From: Acaryochloris marina S15
GTDB taxonomy: Bacteria > Cyanobacteriota > Cyanobacteriia > Thermosynechococcales > Thermosynechococcaceae
Reading direction: 5' to 3'
Length of the DNA: 24,000 nucleotides
NCBI RefSeq assembly: GCF_018336915.1
Contig: NZ_CP064923.1
Location: 406,544-430,543 of the forward strand
A program made the position numbers and the translations under genes. The notes beneath the pieces were generated by a model. That model worked only from the letters and a program-made list of their open reading frames with translations, was not told the DNA's origin and did no database searches. Positions 16,432-23,977 of this stretch are shown here, piece after piece. Position 1 is the stretch's first letter. Each line of letters starts with the position of its first letter.

Positions 16432-17805
16432 CTTAGTTTTCGGAATGGTCACCTCTGGGAATAAGGAGTCAAACCGTTCATTGACCCAGGCAATTCTCAA
16501 GATCAGTAAATGGTTGAAACCATCCTCACTCCAGCGCATGCCAACTCCCTTAAAGCGCTGCTGAATCAACCACTTGCATGCACTTTCAACCATTCCTGAC
16601 CCGAGAGGAATCTGTTGCTGTTCAAAGTGCCGATAACGGATGTGGTTATGATGGCGTTGGAAATAAGCCTGCACCTGGAGCAACGTTGAAAAAGACTTTC
16701 CCGTTAACAGTTGTGAGTGAATCAATATCGTCAAGGACCGTAATACAAGTAGGTGTTGCCCGTGTCGCAATTGGTGTCGCCAGTGCCGGAACCAGGCTTG
16801 GGCTTGAGCAGAGCGGGCATCTCCAAACATCGCTTTAGTTGCTCGTGCCAGATGGCCTGCTGAATGAAAAAAGTCGAGGACTGCCACAGCACAATGAGAG
16901 AACAAGGTGCGATAGACTCGCCAGAAGCCTCGTCCCCCATCACTGAGCCAGATGACTTTTGGAGCAGATTCAAAGTCTTGTTTGTGAGCTTCGAGTTGAA
17001 GTAAAGGGATGAACTGGTCGATATCGCCCAATACTGCCACCAGTCTTCGACGCAGTAATTGGGGGACCTCCTTTTTAGCTCGGGTAACCCGTGTTCCCAG
17101 GCGAGCTAAGATGGCGACTTTGACTTCTCGCCACTGGATTTTTCCCTTGGGTGAGTTCGGGGTGGGGCGAAAGGGGACCATCACACCATCGGCGGCAATG
17201 GCCAAAGGTAGAGCAGATAACATCTCTGAAATCGCTTCACAAGGGGCCTGAGTCCCTGATGATTGAGCGTTGAGTTGAGCTTCTAATTCCTGCTGAGCTT
17301 TGTTACCCACGGATTGCACCCAGTTCCACAAACTGGATGGACTCACGGATAGACCACTCCACTGACCCAGCATCCAACTGGCCAGTTCATAGGGCATGAA
17401 CAGACTCAACAAGCAGCCCAGACGCACCAGTTCTTCGCTGCTGTGCTGATAGGGGGCAATCCCAATGGCTTGATCCAGGGGAGTCAACAGACTGCCTGGA
17501 CATCCTTTGGGACAACGGCCCACCCGTCGCTTTCAAGAGATAGTGCCTACCAGTGTCTGCATCTGACGAGATTCCCATCCCTTCGAATGTAAGCGGGTTC
17601 CGCAGGTAGTACATACAGGCCATACAAATACTGCTTTCGCGCGCCTTGAGAGTTCATCCTCCAGAAGACAGCGAGCTAGAAACAAGCCCATTTGCAGAAC
17701 GATATAAACCATCTGACTCAGGCTGGTTGATACTTTGAGTGCTTCAGTTTGTTCTAGAAATTCGTCATGGGCTAGCACGGTTAGCAATTGCGATGGTAGG
17801 GTCAT
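16414..17805 (-). pseudogene. DDE transposase (ISKra4-like) interrupted by one in-frame TGA
   Basis: The tracked ORFs 17533..17805 (90 aa) and 16414..17523 (369 aa) are in the same frame. Only a TGA at 17535-17533 and three further codons (KRR) separate them. The conceptual product is 463 aa, with a zinc-finger-like motif CTTCG...(TGA)KRRVGRCPKGC spanning the stop. Candidate acidic residues lie in AIAADGVMV, WLSDGGRGFW and GSGMVESACKW. Confidence 0.8.
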
Positions 17806-17865
17806 GATAGTTTTTTGGTTCGGGTACAGGATCTATTGTCCTTGACCCGTTTTTCTTTGAGCCAT

Positions 17866-17891
17866 GCATCCCCGATCCTTTGCTTACGCCC
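17866..17891. repeat. IS terminal inverted repeat (transposase-proximal end)
   Basis: GCATCCCCGATCC......TACGCCC, the partner of 16406-16431. Confidence 0.75.
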
Positions 17892-17900
17892 GATGCTCGC
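17892..17900. repeat. Target-site duplication, right copy (GATGCTCGC)
   Basis: Identical to 16397-16405 and directly abuts the IS end. Confidence 0.85.
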
Positions 17901-18551
17901 TTACAAGGAGCAGATTTTCGGTTAGCCCAATTAGATCGAGCTAATCTGAGCAATGCCAACTTGAGCAATTCCCTCTTTTTTGCAACTTCACTGGGGAATA
18001 TAAAGGTTGATCGTTTAAATAGTAATTATGTTGATATTGCTGTTGTTAGACAATATTTGCAAAACAGCCTCAATAAGATGATTCAGGTATGGCTAGCCCA
18101 AGCCAAGCGTGCGATTGAGCTGAATGCTCGCACTACGATTGGCATCATCATTCGGAGTCAGCAGGCTTTTCATCTTAATCATGAGCGGTTTGCGCTTGAA
18201 TTAGATGAACTGCAGGTTGATGTTAGCCAACTTTCAGAAAAATATATATTTGAGCTATTTGCCCTTCAAGCTCCCGTATCAGATGCATTCCCTTCAGAGA
18301 AAAACCGAGCCGTATGGATTGTGGCACGTCCTCGTAAACCACAGTGGCAAAGCTATATCGGTTTAGTCTGGCTGGGCTTACAAGGTCCGACATTCAGCTT
18401 TAGTCAGGACCGGACAGCACAACCCTTCTCTCTATCTATAGTGTGTGGCTCTAACCAATTCGCTCAAGTCCCTTTGCCCCCTAGATTGAAAAACCAAGGC
18501 CTCAATCGTAGCGATGCCATGTGCCCACAAGGATACTCCCTAGTGAAATAA
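17901..18551 (+). pseudogene. 3' fragment (216 codons) of the interrupted pentapeptide-repeat gene, carrying a C-terminal pilin-like domain
   Basis: It continues the repeat register exactly (LQGADFRLAQLDRANLSNANLSN). A roughly 170-aa non-repeat domain follows (AKRAIELNARTTIGIIIRSQQAFHLNHERFALELDELQV...SYIGLVW...IVCGS...CPQGYSLVK). This domain resembles the globular part of cyanobacterial type IV pilin-like G/H family proteins but has no N-terminal pilin helix. Confidence 0.75.
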
Positions 18552-18614
18552 TAATTTTGCATCCCCTGTACATCTCATAACGGATGTCACTTGACGATTC
18601 AAGGTGAATTTGAA

Positions 18615-19739
18615 ATGCAAACTTTGCAAGCAAAACCCAAAACACGAGTCTATTACTTTGATGCTTTAAAAACGATCTCTATTTGTTTAGTTTGCATCTA
18701 TCACTACAATGCCTTAAATCTTGACATCATTAATAACCCTGGCTTGGGAGTGTATATAAACTACTTGTTCTATGGCCTTTCCAGTATGGCAGTTCCATTG
18801 TTTTTTATGGTTAATGGAGCTTTGCTATTAAATAGACCTTATCAGTTAAAAAAGCATATTAGAAAGACTATTTATCTATACGTATTGTTGAATCTATGGA
18901 GCTTAATTTCTCTCACCCTCTTTATTCCCATTGAAGGAACGACCTATTCCATTAAGGAATTTCTGAGCTCATGGTTTCTTCTGAAAGTGCATGTGAGTAA
19001 CCATCTATGGTTTCTGCAAGCCTTGGTGTCTGTCTATTTATTGTTTCCTGTGATTAAGGCTGTATATGACTTGGAAGACAATAAATTAACTTTGAAAATA
19101 TTATGCTTTGTGGTTTTTATATTTTCATTTGGTAGCTTATTTCTCCATACTATATTGAATGTAGCTGAAACCGTCTTGGGTTTTAACTATATCAACTCCA
19201 ACAGTTTTAATTTCTTCCCTGGCATCAACCCCTTTAATCAGTACTCCTATGCATATATCTATTTTATTTTGGGCGGTGTCCTGGCTGATCAGTTTTCACC
19301 CGATAAGATAGGGTCTGAAAGGACGATATCTCTAAGGCGAATTAGCTTATTCTCATTCTTGTTGGCCTGGATGTCTTTGTTCTTGTATGGGGTGATGACA
19401 ACCGTTTCTAGCCAATCTTTTTACGATACTGTTTGGAATGGATACTATTCCATGATGACATTGGTCATGTCAGCCGCCTGCTTTTATTTTCTGTCTAGTT
19501 TGTCTTATGGCAATAAGATATTAAATTCTGTCTTTGTGGTGGTGGGGACCAGTACGTTTGGGATCTATCTGCTCCATCGATTTGTCGGTGCTGTATCTAT
19601 TAAATATTTTCAAAATATTCCATTTTCTACTAACTTGGTGCCAAATCTGCTGTACAGCTTTTGCGTTGTAGCCGTCACATTATTAGCTGTTCAAGTCTTA
19701 AAAGCGATTCCTCTGTTCAGAAGAACGATCGATCTCTAG
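18615..19739 (+). CDS. Acyltransferase family 3 (OatA/WecH-like) integral membrane protein
   Basis: About 10 predicted hydrophobic helices. The N-terminal pattern RVYYFDALKTISICLVCIYH is typical of PF01757-type O-acyltransferases (R..(Y/W).D.L(K/R)......V...H). I use the ATG at 18615, preceded by AAGGTGA. The gene is markedly AT-rich. Confidence 0.68.
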   Translation: MQTLQAKPKTRVYYFDALKTISICLVCIYHYNALNLDIINNPGLGVYINYLFYGLSSMAVPLFFMVNGALLLNRPYQLKKHIRKTIYLYVLLNLWSLISLTLFIPIEGTTYSIKEFLSSWFLLKVHVSNHLWFLQALVSVYLLFPVIKAVYDLEDNKLTLKILCFVVFIFSFGSLFLHTILNVAETVLGFNYINSNSFNFFPGINPFNQYSYAYIYFILGGVLADQFSPDKIGSERTISLRRISLFSFLLAWMSLFLYGVMTTVSSQSFYDTVWNGYYSMMTLVMSAACFYFLSSLSYGNKILNSVFVVVGTSTFGIYLLHRFVGAVSIKYFQNIPFSTNLVPNLLYSFCVVAVTLLAVQVLKAIPLFRRTIDL

Positions 19740-20019
19740 CATTAAGTTCACATAGGTATTGCCAGGCAGTCAGCTCTTTGGGACTGAAAGGGTCTGACTT
19801 ATTGGATAAAAAAGACTTAACCCTGAGCATAGCGACATAGAACTTTGAGAGAAGACGAGATCTTGGTTGGAGACTTTAATATTTCTGGGATCTTAAAGGT
19901 CACAATCCCTTTCGCTCTAGCCTGAGAATTGTTGCACCCAGGTGAGTAGATGAACCCTAGTCCATGCTTAGATAAGCAGTGGGTTGATGATGTGCACTGC
20001 AATGGGATTGTAAAAACTT

Positions 20020-20880
20020 TTGGTGAAGTCCACTGCCTCTTCCAAGCCCCGACAGGGTTGGTCCCTAGACGATCGAGATCCAGCTGCGATCGCAGCTTTA
20101 ATACCGCGCTGGCAGTGGTTTTACGATTATTATTTTCGGGTTCAAACTAGTGGCTGGCACCATGTGCCTGCAGAGAAAGCCCTATTCGTTGGCTCCCATA
20201 ATGGCGGCTTTGCAGCGCCCGACCTACATATGTTTATGTATGACTGGTTTTGTCGTTTTGGGGCTGAACGACCGATTTATGGCCTGATGCATAAAGGCAT
20301 GTGGCGGGTTAATCCCAGGGTGGCAGAATTTGCCACTCTGGGGGGAGCGATTCGTGCCTATCCGACGGTAGCGAGGACTGCCTTGCAGAGTGGAGCTAGC
20401 GTTGCGGTGTTTCCAGGGGGTGCCCAGGATGTGTTTCGGCCCCATCGACTGCGGGACCGGATTTATTTTTGCGATCGCAAAGGGTTTATCAAGTTAGCCT
20501 TACAAGAAGCCGTTCCCATTATTCCCTTCATTTCCTGGGGAGCCCATGACACCTTAGTGGTGTTAGCCGACTGTTATGACTTGATGAAACAGCTGCATGA
20601 TCTTGGGCTGCCCTGGCTGTTAGAGACTGACCCGACTATTTTCCCCATTTATCTGGGTTTACCCTGGGGACTGAGCATCGGACCTTTGCCCAACTTTCCG
20701 TTACCCATGCAAATTCACACACGGATTTGTCCACCCATTCACTTTGAGCGATATGGCAGACAGGCAGCGAAGGATAAGGCCTATGTTCAAGACTGCTATG
20801 ATCTGGTGGTTAGTACCATGCAAGATGCCTTGGATCAGCTCATCCTGAACGCCAGTGGGTTTGAATCTGGATGCCAGTAG
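20020..20880 (+). CDS. DGAT2/MGAT-like acyltransferase (slr2103-type)
   Basis: VGSHNGG lies at the position of the DGAT2 HPHG motif. FPGGAQD is also present. DRKGFIKLALQEAVPIIPFISWGAHD matches the DGAT2 signature RxGFx(K/R)xAxxxGxx(L/V)VPxxxFG closely. The GTG start is taken from the ORF track and is uncertain. Confidence 0.6.
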   Translation: MVKSTASSKPRQGWSLDDRDPAAIAALIPRWQWFYDYYFRVQTSGWHHVPAEKALFVGSHNGGFAAPDLHMFMYDWFCRFGAERPIYGLMHKGMWRVNPRVAEFATLGGAIRAYPTVARTALQSGASVAVFPGGAQDVFRPHRLRDRIYFCDRKGFIKLALQEAVPIIPFISWGAHDTLVVLADCYDLMKQLHDLGLPWLLETDPTIFPIYLGLPWGLSIGPLPNFPLPMQIHTRICPPIHFERYGRQAAKDKAYVQDCYDLVVSTMQDALDQLILNASGFESGCQ

Positions 20881-21385
20881 ATACTGAGTGCTGGTGATTC
20901 CTTCGCACCAAAGATATGTTTGGATTTTCGGTTGTTTGCGATCGCAACTCTGTCTCATCAGCATACCAACAGACGTTTTGTACTGATGGTAGCCAACCAA
21001 CGATTCGTAGAAGTTTGATCACCCGACCTCGGGCAGATAAACACCAAGGGAATTACGCATTTCGATCACCCTGAGGGGAACGATAGCTAGCGCAGCCAAT
21101 CCTGGCAATGGCTACTCCATAGGTTTTATGACTCAAACTTCCCGATTTCTTCCCGAATTTTGACTGCTTTTCTTCACCTAAATTAAATACAGTCAAAATA
21201 AAGCACTAAATATACAGTGTATAAATTCTTCCAAGACTAAACTTCTATCTCGCATCTAGAGCAAGATCTGCTGTTGCAGACAAAAATTTCCTTGTTCTTT
21301 GCATTGTATAGAGAACGATGTGTTGAAGATGTGTGTTTCACAAAATATACCGTCTGCCCTTTAGAACCGACATCAAAATATAGTA

Positions 21386-21841
21386 ATGATTGAAAAAACT
21401 GTGACCATGCACTATTTCAACAATGCTATTGTGCATCCTTCAGCCACCATGACTGAAGACATATCAATTTACGATTTTCTCAACTTAGTGAATTGCTTCA
21501 GTGGTGTGGTCAAAGTCTTTTTGGGTGCAAATGTAACCGCTAACTATTTGAGGGAGACTAAGCCGGAGTTTGCCTATTTGGCTGACTTTGAAATTGATCG
21601 AAATGCACAGTTTCAATTTCGAGGAGATGGCAATCGAAAAATTACTGCTATTATCCATCTGGGCTTCAAACTCTGGTTTAATGCGTTTTTAAAACGAGTA
21701 TCGGTTCTCATTCAGAATTTACCGGAACTCATCAAGTTGGAATGTAATAAGCAAGATAAATCGACGGTTTTATCACTGCTTCCGGCTGGATACTTATGTG
21801 AAGTCGGTGATCTGCAAGAAACCAATACGGCCTTATTCTGA
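21386..21841 (+). CDS. Hypothetical protein (orphan, AT-rich)
   Basis: 151-aa ORF with no recognisable motif, no signal peptide and no TM helices. It is preceded by about 500 bp of AT-rich non-coding DNA. Coding status is not established. Confidence 0.4.
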   Translation: MIEKTVTMHYFNNAIVHPSATMTEDISIYDFLNLVNCFSGVVKVFLGANVTANYLRETKPEFAYLADFEIDRNAQFQFRGDGNRKITAIIHLGFKLWFNAFLKRVSVLIQNLPELIKLECNKQDKSTVLSLLPAGYLCEVGDLQETNTALF

Positions 21842-21910
21842 CTTTTTACTCATATTCAACCCATGATGCAGAGTTCACAATGCTCAAGGGGTTGGTTGGT
21901 TGAGTAAAGA

Positions 21911-23062
21911 TTACTTTGGCAAATATCCTTCGACTAGGCAATCTTCACCGACAATATGCCAGCGCACCCGTTCTAGTTGAAGGGCTTCGGTCATTTTATT
22001 GAATCCCAAATCTCCCACAGGGGAAGGAGCATTTTGGCCCCCCACAATTTTGGGCGCAATAAAGGCCAAGACTTTCTGGACGGAACCATCTGCGATCGCA
22101 CGGGCAGACAAAGTCCCTCCACATTCCCATAAGACTGACAGCAGCTCCTTCTGGCCTAGATAGCTCATCACCGTTTGTGGGGTGAGCTCATCTAAGTTCA
22201 CGACTTCTACGCCCTGCTGTTCCAGATAGGCCTGTCCATCAGAATTAGGATGACCTTGGGTTAACACCATTGTAGGAGCGACGTCTGTTTCCCATAAATG
22301 TGCCGTTTGCGGCAAATCAAGGGTCCGGCTCAACACCACCCGCAGCGGATTATTGGGAGGCTGATGCGAATCGGTCTGGTGATGAGTTGTTAAATGGGGA
22401 TTATCCCTGCGGACCGTATTGCCACCGACAATGACGGCATCACAGGTTGCCCGTAGTCGATGCACATGGGAGCGGGCGATTTCTTGGGTAATCCAAGTGC
22501 TATGGCCGGCTGTCGTGGCAATTTTGCCATCTAAGGTCATGGCATATTTAAGGATGCCAAACGGGCGCTGATATAAGACTCGATGAACAAAGGCCTCATT
22601 AACGCGTTGACAGTCAGACTCTTCCACCCCTGTGATCACCTGAATCCCTGCAGCCCGAAGTCGCTCAATCCCCTTGCCCGATACCCGTGGATCTGGATCG
22701 ACCATCCCCACTACCACCGTGGCCACCCCCGCTTTCACCAGGGCTTCTGAACAGGGCGGGGTGCGACCAAAGTGATTACACGGTTCTAAACTGACATAGG
22801 CTGTAGCGCCTTTGGCTTTATCCCCTGCAGCTCTAAGGGCAAATACTTCGGCATGGGGTTCTCCAGCCTTGGGATGATAGCCTTCACCCACAATTTCTCC
22901 ATCCCGCTCAATCACACATCCCACTAGGGGATTAGGACTCGTAAAACCAGCGGCCTGCTGAGCGAGCTGTAAACAGCGCTGCATCATTTGTTGGTGATGG
23001 GGATTACTGTTCACACCATTTGTTGAAGGAGTGGACTGGTCTGACAAAGGATGAATCTCCAT
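21911..23062 (-). CDS. ribD: Bifunctional riboflavin biosynthesis protein RibD (pyrimidine deaminase / uracil reductase)
   Basis: Deaminase zinc motifs HAEVFAL and EPCNHFGRTPPC. Reductase domain KYAMTLDGKIAT...GGNTVRRDNPHLT...ECGGTLSA. Confidence 0.92.
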   Translation of the reverse strand: MEIHPLSDQSTPSTNGVNSNPHHQQMMQRCLQLAQQAAGFTSPNPLVGCVIERDGEIVGEGYHPKAGEPHAEVFALRAAGDKAKGATAYVSLEPCNHFGRTPPCSEALVKAGVATVVVGMVDPDPRVSGKGIERLRAAGIQVITGVEESDCQRVNEAFVHRVLYQRPFGILKYAMTLDGKIATTAGHSTWITQEIARSHVHRLRATCDAVIVGGNTVRRDNPHLTTHHQTDSHQPPNNPLRVVLSRTLDLPQTAHLWETDVAPTMVLTQGHPNSDGQAYLEQQGVEVVNLDELTPQTVMSYLGQKELLSVLWECGGTLSARAIADGSVQKVLAFIAPKIVGGQNAPSPVGDLGFNKMTEALQLERVRWHIVGEDCLVEGYLPK

Positions 23063-23248
23063 TACGGCTATTCACTTATATAGGGCTACAAAAGGGCAGG
23101 CATATCCTTACTCTAGTTGAGCGTAACGTGGAATGGTGCTGAGGCGATATCAATCAAACCCCTTTCTCCGATAATCGCAATAGATTGCCCCGGACGGCCT
23201 AGCCATCCGTGAGTACACTAGAAAGCGTGAATCAGGACTAAACGACCT

Positions 23249-23689
23249 ATGATTACCCCAATCCTTTCATTGCTCTGTGTCGGGGTATCCTATGGACTCC
23301 TCGGTTGGCACCTCTCGGCCTACCATATTGGCTGGGCGATGGGGTCTTGGTTCGTCGCGATTTCCCTCACCATCTTGCTGTTTTGGGGGGAAGAAGTGAC
23401 CAAGCGGATGTTCCGTTTGGGACCTAGAGGAGTTGTCTCTATGCTGATTCTGAGTGGCATCATCACGATGGCAGTTGCAGCTTCCACTCTGTTTGGCATG
23501 ATTGTGGTGCTGTTAGCTTCCCAAACCCTGGCACGGCTCGAATTACAATCGGCGGGTCTCAGTCGCCGGCTCACCCTTTTGCTGATGGTTGTTTTGTCTA
23601 TTAGCACCCTCAGCGCTGGCTGGATAGCGGGTATTGATTACCCGAGTAGTAAATATTGGCTGACCTCTTTTCTGATGTCTGGGCAATAA
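23249..23689 (+). CDS. Hypothetical integral membrane protein (4 predicted TM helices)
   Basis: 146 aa with four hydrophobic stretches (ILSLLCVGVSYGLLGW, WFVAISLTILLFW, VVSMLILSGIITMAVAASTLFGMIVVLLA, LTLLLMVVLSISTLSAGWIAG). No recognised family. Confidence 0.5.
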   Translation: MITPILSLLCVGVSYGLLGWHLSAYHIGWAMGSWFVAISLTILLFWGEEVTKRMFRLGPRGVVSMLILSGIITMAVAASTLFGMIVVLLASQTLARLELQSAGLSRRLTLLLMVVLSISTLSAGWIAGIDYPSSKYWLTSFLMSGQ

Positions 23690-23713
23690 AATCTACAACG
23701 ATCATCTATTGCC

Positions 23714-23746
23714 AATAAAAAAGGGAAGCAATAAATTACTCCCCTT
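23714..23746 (-). terminator. Intrinsic terminator of psbK
   Basis: On the minus-strand RNA: AAGGGGAG, then a 10-nt loop, then CUUCCCUU, followed by UUUUAUU. All 8 stem positions pair on the minus strand (one G-U). The same position is an A-C mismatch on the plus strand. Confidence 0.6.
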
Positions 23747-23749
23747 TAC

Positions 23750-23780
23750 AACCTCAGGAATGGTTCCTGAGGTTGATTTA
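23750..23780 (+). terminator. Hairpin downstream of the 23249..23689 membrane-protein gene
   Basis: AACCTCAGGAA (23750-23760), loop TGG, TTCCTGAGGTT (23764-23774), a perfect 11-bp stem followed by GATTTA. The U tract is weak. Confidence 0.45.
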
Positions 23781-23839
23781 TAACTAAGACCTGTTAACGG
23801 TTTATTAATAAATCAACGGCTTATTAAAATGGGTGTTGT

Positions 23840-23977
23840 TTACTTAAAACCAACCGCTGCTTGCCAAACGAAAGCAAGCGCCAAAAAGAAAAGTGGAATA
23901 GCAGGCATAACATCCACAATCGGGGCAAAAACGGAGAAGGCTTCAGGTAGTTTCGCCAACAGCAGAACTGCTTCCAT
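23840..23977 (-). CDS. psbK: Photosystem II reaction centre protein K
   Basis: Hand translation of the minus strand gives [45 protein letters not shown] (45 aa). This matches the conserved PsbK pattern ([32 protein letters not shown][RK]) almost residue for residue. GGAAGGA lies about 10 nt upstream of the ATG. The gene is absent from the ORF track because it is shorter than 60 codons. Confidence 0.93.
   Translation of the reverse strand: MEAVLLLAKLPEAFSVFAPIVDVMPAIPLFFLALAFVWQAAVGFK

Larger units (their letters stand above)
16406..17891 (-). mobile_element. Insertion sequence, 1486 bp, ISKra4-like (family assignment tentative)
   Basis: Termini GGGCGTATTTAGCGGATCGGGGATGC (16406-16431) and its partner GCATCCCCGATCCTTTGCTTACGCCC (17866-17891) match at 21 of 26 positions when one is reverse-complemented. 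The element is flanked by a 9-bp direct repeat and contains a single transposase reading frame. The transposase stop codon lies inside the left IR. Confidence 0.85.

Noticed and set aside
16578-17623. ORFs within the IS other than the transposase frame (16578..16838 plus, 16731..16973 minus, 17009..17251 plus, 17387..17623 minus)
   Set aside because: They are off-frame or antisense to the single long transposase frame. There is no evidence for a second IS gene.
19817-20150. 61-aa minus-strand ORF and 66-aa plus-strand ORF between the acyltransferase-3 and DGAT2-like genes
   Set aside because: They have no motifs and no RBS, and one overlaps the DGAT2-like start region. I treat them as non-coding spacer.
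20916-21074. 52-codon plus-strand ORF (MFGFSVVCDRNSVSSAYQQTF...) found by hand in the spacer after the DGAT2-like gene, plus the minus-strand ORFs 20701..21000 and 20840..21022
   Set aside because: None has a recognisable family, signal or RBS, and each is indistinguishable from chance. The region is kept only as part of the AT-rich segment finding.
23063-23248. Possible FMN riboswitch upstream of ribD
   Set aside because: I read both strands and could not find the conserved FMN-element core or a convincing multi-stem junction. A covariance-model scan (Rfam RF00050) would settle it.
23799-23810. Perfect 12-bp palindrome TTTATTAATAAA downstream of psbK
   Set aside because: It consists only of A and T, is expected by chance in AT-rich spacer, and would form no stable hairpin.
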